A DNA stretch of 59,767 nt, the filler included. It is 4 parts of 4 records of this genome, joined end to end, with 100 filler letters (N's around TTAATTAATTAA, not from the genome) between each part and the next. Parts side by side here need not be neighbours in the genome. Positions count along the whole stretch, not along the records: positions 39,055 to 48,404 come from SRR22947727_2975; positions 48,505 to 59,767 come from SRR22947727_2980; 2 more parts are not named here. The stretch is one strand, 5' to 3'. Numbering within the stretch: the stretch's first letter is position 1; every line of letters begins with the position of its first letter. Position numbers and translations under genes: made by a program. Below the pieces are notes generated by a model. That model saw only the letters and a program-made list of their open reading frames with translations, made no database searches and was not told the origin of the DNA. Of this stretch, positions 39,177 to 48,659 are shown in pieces.

Positions 39177-41585
39177 ATGAAAAATGTAAAGCTATTAATG
39201 TTAATGTTAATCCCATTTGTTCTGGTTTCGCAAGAAGTCGAGGAAGTGGTCGTAACAGCTAATAAAAAAGAACAAACAGTCCAGGATATTCCGATGAATA
39301 TCTCTGTAATCACTGAAGCTTCACTAGAAGAACGAGGTATTAATAATCCAGAGGATTATTTGAGATCATTAGCAGGCGTTTCAACTCCTGGTGGTTCAAA
39401 CTATTACACTTTTAGAGGCTTAAACACCTCTACATCTCAACGTTCATCAGGAACATCGACCACCTATGTAGATGAAGTTGGCGGTTCTTTAATGAGTTTA
39501 TTCGATATTGAAAGAGTTGAAGTCTTAAGGGGGCCTCAAGGCACACTTTATGGTTCAAATGCTATTGGTGGAACAATAAGATATATAACCAATAAGCCAG
39601 ATTCTTCTGCTGCATATGGAAAAATTAAATTAGGTTATGGTTCAAAAAGACTTGCTTCTGATCCAGAAACAACTATTGAAGCGATGTATAACTTACCTAT
39701 CTCTGATTCAATAGCGCTAAGAGCAGTATACTCACAATTGGTTTCTCCTGGTATATATAAAAATATCCAAACAGGAAATACTGTTGGTGAAGAAGATGAT
39801 GCTCAATTAACGTTAACTCTAGGTTTTAATGATGGCGGAAACCTTGATGGTTATGTAAGATATTTCAGCGCTAACAATAAAGCATTCGGTATTCTTGAAC
39901 CTGGACAAAGTAAACCAGGTAGTGCTGATGTTTATGTTGAAGGTTGTCCACAAGCTTCAAGTTGGTGGTATAACTGGGATGGAGATCCAACTTGTTCCAG
40001 ATTAAGTGCTATTTCCACTTTCGCAGCTTCAGAAGCAGACTATCCTAATGGTAGTTCTGTGCTTACAGACTATGATCCAAGGTTTGCTCATGCTTTAGCT
40101 GCAGATGAATCAGAAGAAGATAGAACGGAAATGATTTCAGCTACTATAAATTATGATTTTGGTCTCTTTGATTCAACTCTAGTTGTTTCAGATAGAAAAG
40201 TTACTTCAGACGCCGTTACTGATTGGGCAAGAATTGATATGGATGATTATGTACCAGCACCATTAATAATCGAAGGCGATAGAACAAATATGAAAACTAC
40301 TGAACTCAGACTAACCTCTAAACCTGGTATGTTTGAATGGACTGTAGGTTACTATGGTTACGATTGGCAGGAAGAACCTAATTCAGTTAGTCAAACTCAA
40401 TATGCAGTATCTAATTATTGGTTAGAATATGTTGCATCAATTGCAGCTAGTTTAGATCCTGCAGACTATGACGCTACAGCATACTGTCCTCCATTTTGTG
40501 AAGGTCATATAGGTTATCCCAATCTTTACTATGCTTCTTACACTACTTTTAACCAAATCAGTGAAGAATCATACTTTGGACAATTTGATTTTCATGTTAA
40601 TGATAAATTGACATTAACCTTTGGTATTAGAGACTATGAGATTGAAGATTCGTCTGAGTCATCTCAATATGGTATTTTTTACATGGCTAATGAAGGTTGT
40701 GATCAAGAGACAGATGCAAATGGAGATCCAGTTCCTGGTACCGGCTCATCACCAGCTGGAACTCAGTGTGCTCAGCTATCTGGCGGTGAGTCTGATACAA
40801 GAACTAAGTTTGCTATCAGCTATGAAATTAATGATGACTTAACTTTATATACAACTAGAGCTGCAGGGTATAGGCCTGGTGGAAACCAAGCTCCTCTTCC
40901 TCCTTCATGTAGTAGTGATGAAACTGCTGGAGATACTTGGGCGCCCAGATTTAACTCAGATGAAGCAGAAACTACTGAATTTGGTGTAAAAGCTAGAGGA
41001 GAAAATTACACTGCTAATGTTACTTATTTCCAAGTTGATTGGGATGGTATTATTATCTCAGTTACTCCTGGTTGTGGTTGGTCTTATAACTTTAATGGTG
41101 GTAAGGCAGAAACATCTGGTTGGGAAGTTGAATTTACATATGGTTTAACAGACGCACTATCTCTTGATTTTGCAGGAAGCAATATGGAAGCAATAACTTC
41201 AATTGATTTAGATTCATTAGGTGCTTCAGCAGGTGATAGATTGCCTAATACTGTTGAGTCTCAATGGAATATAGGTGTTGTTTTGGATACAACTATCTTA
41301 ACTGTTCCATCATATGCAAGACTAGATGTTAACTTTTACGGTGATAGCTTTAACACATTTGCAGAAAATCCTAACTCTAGTTCACCTGAATATACGAAGT
41401 TAAACTTTAACTTAGGCATGGACTTAAGCGAATCATCTAAGCTTACATTATCGATTGATAATCTGCTTGATGAAAGAACTGAAGCATATATCTATGCAGT
41501 AGATGATACATCCTGGAGACCTAGAAACTGGATGCAGTGGATACCTCCAAGAACAGTAGCTGTGAAATATAGCTACAGCTTTTAA
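39177..41585 (+). CDS. TonB-dependent outer-membrane receptor
   Basis: Signal peptide, EEVVVTA TonB box, DIERVEVLRGPQGTLYG plug, C-terminal YSF. Confidence 0.95.
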   Translation: MKNVKLLMLMLIPFVLVSQEVEEVVVTANKKEQTVQDIPMNISVITEASLEERGINNPEDYLRSLAGVSTPGGSNYYTFRGLNTSTSQRSSGTSTTYVDEVGGSLMSLFDIERVEVLRGPQGTLYGSNAIGGTIRYITNKPDSSAAYGKIKLGYGSKRLASDPETTIEAMYNLPISDSIALRAVYSQLVSPGIYKNIQTGNTVGEEDDAQLTLTLGFNDGGNLDGYVRYFSANNKAFGILEPGQSKPGSADVYVEGCPQASSWWYNWDGDPTCSRLSAISTFAASEADYPNGSSVLTDYDPRFAHALAADESEEDRTEMISATINYDFGLFDSTLVVSDRKVTSDAVTDWARIDMDDYVPAPLIIEGDRTNMKTTELRLTSKPGMFEWTVGYYGYDWQEEPNSVSQTQYAVSNYWLEYVASIAASLDPADYDATAYCPPFCEGHIGYPNLYYASYTTFNQISEESYFGQFDFHVNDKLTLTFGIRDYEIEDSSESSQYGIFYMANEGCDQETDANGDPVPGTGSSPAGTQCAQLSGGESDTRTKFAISYEINDDLTLYTTRAAGYRPGGNQAPLPPSCSSDETAGDTWAPRFNSDEAETTEFGVKARGENYTANVTYFQVDWDGIIISVTPGCGWSYNFNGGKAETSGWEVEFTYGLTDALSLDFAGSNMEAITSIDLDSLGASAGDRLPNTVESQWNIGVVLDTTILTVPSYARLDVNFYGDSFNTFAENPNSSSPEYTKLNFNLGMDLSESSKLTLSIDNLLDERTEAYIYAVDDTSWRPRNWMQWIPPRTVAVKYSYSF

Positions 41586-41606
41586 GTTAAAAATAACTTA
41601 TACTTT

Positions 41607-41632
41607 AAAAGCCCCTTTATGGGGCTTTTTTT
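41607..41632 (+). terminator. Rho-independent terminator
   Basis: AAAAGCCCC-TTTAT-GGGGC followed by a T run. Confidence 0.85.
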
Positions 41633-41645
41633 ATGTATATATTAA

Positions 41646-42902
41646 ATGAAAATACCAATTAGATTTAGACTAGTCTTTATGTCATTTTTGGCAGTTTTTA
41701 TCTGTTACATTGATCGTATAAATATTTCTGTAGCTATTATCCCAATGCAAGAACAGTTTGGGTGGAGCGAAGCTCAGATTGGTATTATTTTTTCTATTTT
41801 TTATGTCGGTTATTTTATCTCAATGGCTCTTGGAGGATTTTTAGCTGATAAATACGGAGGTAAGGTAGTTTTAGGTATTGGGGTATTATTATGGTCACTA
41901 TTTACAATACTAACCCCAGTATTTTCTTACAATGGTTTTCTTGCGTTACTTTTTATAAGAGTGTTAATAGGTTTGGGGGAAGGGATAACTTTTCCATCAT
42001 GGCATTCTATGTATGCTCACTGGATACCATTCAAAGAAAGAACTAGAGCTGTAGCAATTACGAATAGTGGTATACCTATTGGTACAATATTTGCCTATAT
42101 TATTTCAGCTCTAATAATTGCATCTTATTCATGGGAGTGGGTATTTTATTCTTTTGGTGCGCTTGGCGTAATTTGGTTCTTTTTCTGGCACAGATATATT
42201 TACGCATACCCTCATCAGGATAAAAAAATCACATATGAGGAATTAACACTCATTAAAAATGAAGCGCCTGCTGATTCAACTGCATTAACAATTCCATTAT
42301 CAAGTTTGTTAAGAAATCTTCCCTTTATGTCGATTTCCGTTGCAACATTTTGTAATAACTGGGCTTTATTTACTTTTTTATCTTATTTACCCAAGTTCGT
42401 TAATAGTCTGGGCGTGAGCTTAGATTCATCTGCTTTTTTATTAATGATTCTTATTCCAAGCATTGTTTCGGTAGCGGCTCTTATTTCAGGAGGTTATTTA
42501 GCTGATTACTTAATAAAAAATGGATATAAGGTTATTAAGGTTCGAAAAACTGTAAATACAATAGGTTTTTTTGGAGCTGCCTTTTGTTTATTTATGGTAC
42601 CACTGCAAGAATCACTTATATCAATTATTATCTTGCTATGTATTACTAATTTATGCACTGGAATAGGAGCTGGAGGTTTTGGTGTAAATCATGCAGATCT
42701 AGGCCCAAATTATACTGGTACTCTTTTTGGAATAGCTGGAAGTATTGGTATGATAGCTGCAATAATAAGCCCTTTAGTTGCAGGTTTTATTCTTGAACTT
42801 ACAGGCTCATGGTCTTTAATATTTCATATATGTTCTGCCGTTTTAATTTTTGGTGGGGCTTTTTATTTAATTTTTGCGAGCGCTACAAAGCAGTTTAAAT
42901 AA
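41646..42902 (+). CDS. MFS transporter, anion:cation symporter (ACS/SLC17) family
   Basis: YIDRINISVAIIPM, GGFLADKYGG, GLGEG, W.PFKERTRA. Confidence 0.9.
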   Translation: MKIPIRFRLVFMSFLAVFICYIDRINISVAIIPMQEQFGWSEAQIGIIFSIFYVGYFISMALGGFLADKYGGKVVLGIGVLLWSLFTILTPVFSYNGFLALLFIRVLIGLGEGITFPSWHSMYAHWIPFKERTRAVAITNSGIPIGTIFAYIISALIIASYSWEWVFYSFGALGVIWFFFWHRYIYAYPHQDKKITYEELTLIKNEAPADSTALTIPLSSLLRNLPFMSISVATFCNNWALFTFLSYLPKFVNSLGVSLDSSAFLLMILIPSIVSVAALISGGYLADYLIKNGYKVIKVRKTVNTIGFFGAAFCLFMVPLQESLISIIILLCITNLCTGIGAGGFGVNHADLGPNYTGTLFGIAGSIGMIAAIISPLVAGFILELTGSWSLIFHICSAVLIFGGAFYLIFASATKQFK

Positions 42903-42954
42903 TTTAAAAATTATATTTCTTTTTACATAAATTTATCTAAGGCTATAATGATGA

Positions 42955-43728
42955 ATGGATACAAAATTAGAAATAGCAAAAAATTGGCTTCCTAGATACA
43001 CTGGAATGCCATTAGAACAATTTGGTGAATATATTCTTATAACCAATTTTAAGGATTACGTAACTAAATTTTCAGAAAGGTTTTCTTCAGAAATTTATGG
43101 TGAAGGAAGGGCAATGCAAGCCTCCACCAACAATGACGGCTTAACAATAATTAATTATGGTATTGGTTCACCCAATGCAGCAACAATTATGGATTTATTG
43201 GTTGCTGTAGCTCCTAAAGGGGTTCTTTTCTTAGGTAAATGTGGGGGTCTTAAGGATTCATCAGAAATTGGTAATTTTATTCTTCCAATTGGTGCCATTA
43301 GAGGCGATGGAACATCAAACGACTATTTTCCACCCGAAGTTCCTGCACTCCCATCATTTAAATTACATAAGTTTGTTTCAGATATTGTCATTGAAAAAAA
43401 TAGCGATTATAGAACGGGTGTAATCTTTACAACAAATAGAAGGGTATGGGAGCATGATAAACGCTTTCTAAAGAGGTTAAAAAAGACTACTGCTATAGGT
43501 GTTGATATGGAGACAGCAACTGTTTTTTCTGTTGGACACTATAACGAGATAGCTCGAGGAGCTTTATTACTTGTATCTGATGTACCTTTAACTCCAGAGG
43601 GAGTTAAAACAGAGACTTCCGACAAACAAGTCACACAAAAGTGGGTAGATCTTCATCTAGAAATTGGCATAAAAGCAATGACAGATATAGGTCAAAGCGG
43701 TGAAGAAATAAAGCATTTTAAATACTGA
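42955..43728 (+). CDS. amn: AMP nucleosidase (short form)
   Basis: NWLPRYTG, ITNF, GSPNAATIMDLL, GKCGGL, TTNRRVWE, DMETAT. Confidence 0.9.
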   Translation: MDTKLEIAKNWLPRYTGMPLEQFGEYILITNFKDYVTKFSERFSSEIYGEGRAMQASTNNDGLTIINYGIGSPNAATIMDLLVAVAPKGVLFLGKCGGLKDSSEIGNFILPIGAIRGDGTSNDYFPPEVPALPSFKLHKFVSDIVIEKNSDYRTGVIFTTNRRVWEHDKRFLKRLKKTTAIGVDMETATVFSVGHYNEIARGALLLVSDVPLTPEGVKTETSDKQVTQKWVDLHLEIGIKAMTDIGQSGEEIKHFKY

Positions 43729-43731
43729 TAA

Positions 43732-44244
43732 TTATTGAATTAGTGACTGGAAATAGTTAAATATTTCTTGTTGCTTCCTATCTCTTGCAGTTGTCCATTC
43801 TTTGGTAGAGTCCATGTTTAGTATATTTTTATTTTTATCAAAAACAAGAACTCTAGGCACACCTTCTTCTTTTGGTATATTGAAGTAACTAATTAGACTC
43901 ATATTTTTGTCATATCTACCAACATCTACATGCATGATTCTATAGTATCTATTCATATATTTTTTTATGGTTGGAAGTTGAAGAGTTCCATCCAGTATTC
44001 TGCAATCAGGACACCAGTTCCCCCCAAATATAATTATAGGTTGCTTTGATTGTTTGATAGTTTTGTTTAAAAATTCTTCAACATCATTCTCAGAGTATAT
44101 TTCTCCATTATATGGAAGGGGTAATGGCATCTCTAAGACTTCATTGGAGGGTATGTTTATATTGTTTGCAGTCATGGCCAATGCAAATACAACGATATAA
44201 AAAAAGAAACAATATTTAATTACATTAAAAATCATATAAAGCAT
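43732..44244 (-). CDS. Exported thioredoxin-family protein
   Basis: Hydrophobic N-terminus, GGNWCPDC, GVP. Confidence 0.85.
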   Translation of the reverse strand: MLYMIFNVIKYCFFFYIVVFALAMTANNINIPSNEVLEMPLPLPYNGEIYSENDVEEFLNKTIKQSKQPIIIFGGNWCPDCRILDGTLQLPTIKKYMNRYYRIMHVDVGRYDKNMSLISYFNIPKEEGVPRVLVFDKNKNILNMDSTKEWTTARDRKQQEIFNYFQSLIQ

Positions 44245-44276
44245 ATTACAATAATAAAAGATATTGGAGTATTAAA

Positions 44277-44687
44277 ATGTTATGGATTGTTAGATTATAT
44301 TTATTTTTGATGGGTTTAATTTATCTTGTCATTGGTGTATGGGCAATTTTTGATTCACTATTTGATTCATTGCCATCATTCATGGAGGCTGTTGGACTAG
44401 GTGTAACCTCTGAAATTGGTTATTCAGAGATTGCAGGATTGTATGGGGGACTTAATATATGTATAGGTTTAATGTGCTTACTTGGTCTTTTTAAAGAGGA
44501 AGTAGGGGTATTTTCAATTCAATTTCTAACTTTCTTAACAGGATCGATAGCATCAGGAAGAGTTATATATTCTTTCATTCCTGCCACCCCAAGTTTCTTT
44601 AATACTTTTTTTATATTTGAGATAATTGCATGCCTTTTAGGGCTATGGTTTTTAAGATCATTTAAAAAATTAGATCAAGTTGCTTAA
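44277..44687 (+). CDS. Four-TM membrane protein (DUF4345-like)
   Basis: E..GLYGG, GR, E pattern; GGAG RBS. Confidence 0.65.
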   Translation: MLWIVRLYLFLMGLIYLVIGVWAIFDSLFDSLPSFMEAVGLGVTSEIGYSEIAGLYGGLNICIGLMCLLGLFKEEVGVFSIQFLTFLTGSIASGRVIYSFIPATPSFFNTFFIFEIIACLLGLWFLRSFKKLDQVA

Positions 44688-45623
44688 GTTTAAGATATAG
44701 GCCAAATAGCCTAAAAGAAAAGTAAACCCAACAAATCTTATAAATTTAAGATTTACTTTTGAAGAAGAATAACCCCAAGCAATTAAAACAAATAAAACCG
44801 ATACTATTGCCAAAATTAAAAAATCTCTTGAAAGGATGCTTGCCTTAAAAGTTGTGTCTGAAAATAGTCCAATAATTGGAACAACCAAAGCAATGTTCAT
44901 TACATTTGAGCCAATAACATTCCCAATTACCATGTCATTCTTCTTCTTAATTATTGCTGATATAGTTGCAGCCAGTTCTGGCAAGCTAGTCCCAATAGCA
45001 ATTATTGTTAGACCTATTATCACTTGAGGTACCTCTAGTATGACTGCTATTTTTTCTGCATTAACCACAGCATAGTTAGAGCCAATAATTAATGCGAGAA
45101 GCCCAATAACTAAAAATATTATTGTCTTTATAGTATTTATCTCTGAATGATGCTCTTCATTGTTATTAGTATCTGGGGTTCTAAAAACATAAGTTATATA
45201 CATAAAAGCAGCAAAGAGAAATAGAAATTCTATACTTTCACCTTTAGTAATTTTTAAATCAAGAAGACCAAGGCCCAAAATAATTACACCGAGAATAAAT
45301 GGTAAAAATTGAATAGGGTTTGTTTTAGCAGGTCTAATCGAGATTCCTATACAGGATACCCCAAAAATTAAAGCAATATTTGATATATTGGATCCAATAA
45401 CAGTTCCCATAGCAATAGCTTCAGTTCCGTTTAATACCGATGAAATGCCTACAAATATTTCTGGAGCTGAAGTTCCAAGTGCAACTATAGTTAATCCAAT
45501 TGTTAGCTCACTTAGGCCAAACTTTTTTGCAATCAATGAAGCATTATCAACAAATTTGTCAGCCCCCCAGACAAGAACTGCCAAAGCAACAAACAAACCA
45601 AAAAGATTATAAATAATCATCAC
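44670..45623 (-). CDS. Calcium/sodium antiporter (YrbG family)
   Basis: Two alpha repeats: GTSAPE..GSNI and GTSLPE..GSNV. Confidence 0.92.
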   Translation of the reverse strand: MMIIYNLFGLFVALAVLVWGADKFVDNASLIAKKFGLSELTIGLTIVALGTSAPEIFVGISSVLNGTEAIAMGTVIGSNISNIALIFGVSCIGISIRPAKTNPIQFLPFILGVIILGLGLLDLKITKGESIEFLFLFAAFMYITYVFRTPDTNNNEEHHSEINTIKTIIFLVIGLLALIIGSNYAVVNAEKIAVILEVPQVIIGLTIIAIGTSLPELAATISAIIKKKNDMVIGNVIGSNVMNIALVVPIIGLFSDTTFKASILSRDFLILAIVSVLFVLIAWGYSSSKVNLKFIRFVGFTFLLGYLAYILNLSNLI

Positions 45624-45746
45624 TCATTCTAACATTTATATACTGATATATTATGCGCATTAATAAACGTATTTAGAAAGATTATTAAAGCCAATATTTC
45701 AAACTATTCAATATATAATGATGTTCTAAGTTAAAGGGAGACTATT

Positions 45747-46544
45747 ATGGAAATAAATAATTTATTTAGTGTTAAAAATAAGGTTGCAGTTGTTACAGGT
45801 GGTTCTAGAGGCATTGGAGAGATGATTACTGCTGGATTTTTAGCAAATGGTGCAAAAGTTTATATTACCGCAAGAAAAGCTCCTGCACTTATTGAAAAAG
45901 CTAAAGAGTTATCTGATAAGTATGATGCAGAATGTATAGCTTTTCCTTGTGATCTAAGCACTATGGAGGGTATAGATTCGCTTGTAAGTCTGATAGCAGA
46001 AAAAGAAGAAGGAATAGATTATCTTGTTAATAATGCTGGTGCTGCATGGGGAGAGCCTTTTGAGAGTTTTTCAGAAAGTGGCTGGGACAAAGTCATGGAT
46101 TTAAATGTAAAGAGTCTCTTTTTTCTAACTCAAAAAATGAAATCATTGCTTGTTGTGAGAGCATCACTAGAAGATCCATCTAGAGTTATCAATATTGGCT
46201 CCATTGATGGTCTAGATGTTCCTGCATTTCCAACTTTCTCTTACAGTGCATCTAAGTCAGCCGTCCATCACTTGACAAGACATCTTGCATCGCAGCTTGT
46301 ATCAGAAAATATTACAGTTAATGCTATTGCTCCTGGACCCTATCCAAGTGCAATGCTAGGCTCAGCAGTGAATTCTGATTATTCAGAAATAGAAAGAAGA
46401 AATCCAAGAAAAAGAATAGGTAGCCCTGAAGATGTTGCAGGTTTGACAATTTTCTTGTGTTCTAGAGCAGGGGCTTATGTTGTAGGTGAGACTATTGCTT
46501 CAGATGGAGGAATAGTTAAAACAGGTGGTCATAATTTAGGTTAA
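45747..46544 (+). CDS. SDR-family oxidoreductase
   Basis: TGGSRGIG, NNAG, YSASK, VNAIAPG. Confidence 0.93.
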   Translation: MEINNLFSVKNKVAVVTGGSRGIGEMITAGFLANGAKVYITARKAPALIEKAKELSDKYDAECIAFPCDLSTMEGIDSLVSLIAEKEEGIDYLVNNAGAAWGEPFESFSESGWDKVMDLNVKSLFFLTQKMKSLLVVRASLEDPSRVINIGSIDGLDVPAFPTFSYSASKSAVHHLTRHLASQLVSENITVNAIAPGPYPSAMLGSAVNSDYSEIERRNPRKRIGSPEDVAGLTIFLCSRAGAYVVGETIASDGGIVKTGGHNLG

Positions 46545-46555
46545 AAAAAATTCTT

Positions 46556-47458
46556 TTATTTTTTTGCTGCAACAAAAGCTTTGATTATTAGATCTTTCAT
46601 CCAGATATGACCGCCGTCACCTTCATCACTCTTGTGCCATATTAAGAAATACTCCATAGAAGGAATTTCTGCAGGTATTTCAATAAAAGGAAGGTTATTC
46701 GCTTTTGCAAAGCTTCTTGTTGCAAATAGAACTAAATCAGTTGATTTGATAATTGTTGGAGCAATTAAAAAATGTTGACATCTTAAGGCTACATTTCGAC
46801 TGTGCCCAATTTTATCAAGCTCTACATCAATTAAATGTGAGCCGGTTCTTCTACTAGAAACGTGTAAGTGTTGTTGGGCAAGAATATCATCAATTGATGG
46901 ATTGTTTATTTGAGACAGTGGATGGCCTTCTCTATGAATTGCCACGAAGTCATCTTCAAATACCTTATATGAATTTATTTCATCAGAGACAGGAATGACT
47001 GGGTCTACAACAAAATCTAAATTATGGGTAGCTAAAGCATGAACTTGATCACTTCTTTTATAGGCATAACTTCCAACAGAAATATATTTTGCATGTTGAT
47101 CAATTTCTTTCATTATATAAGGCAAGACTCTTCCTTCAGAAATATCACCAAGCGATAATTTAAAAGTCCTTGAGGTCTTATTTGCATCAAAGGTATCTGG
47201 CTCATTAACGCTTTGCTGCATTAGGGTTAATGCGCTTTGAATATCATTTATAATATTTTCTGTTTTTTGAGTTGGAACCATCCCAGTACCAGTTCTAATA
47301 AAAAGATCGTCATCAAACTTTTCACGCAAACGTGATAACGCATTACTTACAGCAGGCTGTGTTATGCCAACAACTTCAGCAGCCTTTGTTAGACTCCCTT
47401 CGGTATAAATCGCGTTTAATATAACAAATAGATTTAAATCAAAGGTACTTATTTTCAT
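46556..47458 (-). CDS. LysR-family transcriptional regulator
   Basis: DLNL..SLTKAA..TQPAVSNALSRLR HTH. Confidence 0.95.
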   Translation of the reverse strand: MKISTFDLNLFVILNAIYTEGSLTKAAEVVGITQPAVSNALSRLREKFDDDLFIRTGTGMVPTQKTENIINDIQSALTLMQQSVNEPDTFDANKTSRTFKLSLGDISEGRVLPYIMKEIDQHAKYISVGSYAYKRSDQVHALATHNLDFVVDPVIPVSDEINSYKVFEDDFVAIHREGHPLSQINNPSIDDILAQQHLHVSSRRTGSHLIDVELDKIGHSRNVALRCQHFLIAPTIIKSTDLVLFATRSFAKANNLPFIEIPAEIPSMEYFLIWHKSDEGDGGHIWMKDLIIKAFVAAKK

Positions 47459-47480
47459 AGTTATTAATTTTTACAGTAGT

Positions 47481-47496
47481 TATGCATAAGTGCATA
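47481..47496. promoter_or_regulatory. Palindromic operator candidate between divergent lysR and acyl-CoA dehydrogenase
   Basis: TATGCA-TAAG-TGCATA. Confidence 0.45.
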
Positions 47497-47603
47497 TAGC
47501 TTTGATTGGAACATAAAGCTATTATAGGAGTAATAGTTAATTGTATTATTCATCACACTTATAATGGTACCAAATATTAGTGTATATGGGGAGTTAAAAT
47601 AGA

Positions 47604-48404
47604 ATGTTACCTAAATTACGACCAGAGGCTGAAGATCTTATATCAAGGGTAAAAGACTTTATTGAAAAAGAATGTGTTCCAGTTGAATATACTTTTCATG
47701 AACAAATTCAAGTTGGCGAGAACAGATGGAAGTCGTATCCACCAATAATGAATGAGTTAAAAGACAAGGCAAAATCACTTGGTTTGTGGAATTTATTTTT
47801 ACCCGAAAGTGAATTCGGTGCAGGTTTAACAAATTATGAATATGCTCATCTAGCAGAAGCTATGGGAACTTGTCATATTGCATCAGAAGCAATGAATTGT
47901 CAGGCTCCAGATACAGGAAACATGGAAGTTATAGCTAGATATGGGAATGAAGATCATCAAAAAGAATGGCTTCAACCCCTTCTTGATGGTGAGATAAGAT
48001 CTGCTTTCGGAATGACAGAGCCTGGGGTTGCATCTTCTGATGCTACAAATATGCAGGCATCTGCAGTCTTGGATGGAGATGAATACGTAATTAATGGTGA
48101 GAAATGGTGGACATCTGGTGCTGGAGATCCAAGATGTAAAATAATTATATTTATGGCCGTTACCAATCCTGATGCAGCTAAACACCAAAGGCATTCTATG
48201 ATGCTGGTACCTATGGAATCTGAGGGCATAGAAATTAAACAAATGATGCATGTCTTTGGTTATGATGATGCTCCTCACGGTCATGCTCATATCAAATTTA
48301 ATAATGTAAGAATACCAAAAGATAATCTTTTACTTGGAGAAGGAAGAGGGTTTGAGATTGCTCAAGGCCGCTTAGGCCCTGGAAGAATTCATCACTGCAT
48401 GAGA
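47604..48404 (+). CDS. Acyl-CoA dehydrogenase, 3'-truncated
   Basis: [48 protein letters not shown]. Confidence 0.95.
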
Positions 48405-48504
48405 NNNNNNNNNNNNNNNNNNNNNNNNNNNNNNNNNNNNNNNNNNNNTTAATTAATTAANNNNNNNNNNNNNNNNNNNNNNNNNNNNNNNNNNNNNNNN
48501 NNNN
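48405..48504. other. Artificial contig linker
   Basis: N44-TTAATTAATTAA-N44. Confidence 0.98.
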
Positions 48505-48587
48505 GTTGTGATGGCTCGCGGCGAGGGGATCACCTAGTCGAAACGATCCTCGCTTGACCGGAAGGGCATTCCCTTCCGCACTCTTTC

Positions 48588-48632
48588 GAAGCCACAAATC
48601 AGGAGACTGATTTGTGGCTTCTTTGTCTTTTT
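48588..48632 (+). terminator. Strong hairpin or intrinsic terminator upstream of glgA
   Basis: GAAGCCACAAATCAG-GAGA-CTGATTTGTGGCTTC (15-bp perfect stem) followed by TTTGTCTTTTT. Confidence 0.65.
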
Positions 48633-48659
48633 AAAAAACGTCAGCTCAATTTATCCGCA

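Noticed and set aside
12716-48504. Reading the phage as a prophage next to, or targeting, the glycan island, or any other cross-segment system
   Set aside because: The segments are joined by identical artificial linkers and differ in composition, so adjacency carries no biological information.
48505-48632. tmRNA, RNase P, SRP RNA or a known riboswitch
   Set aside because: Diagnostic motifs (tRNA-like CCA end, GAGGAAAGUCC, SRP loop, known aptamer cores) were not found on either strand.
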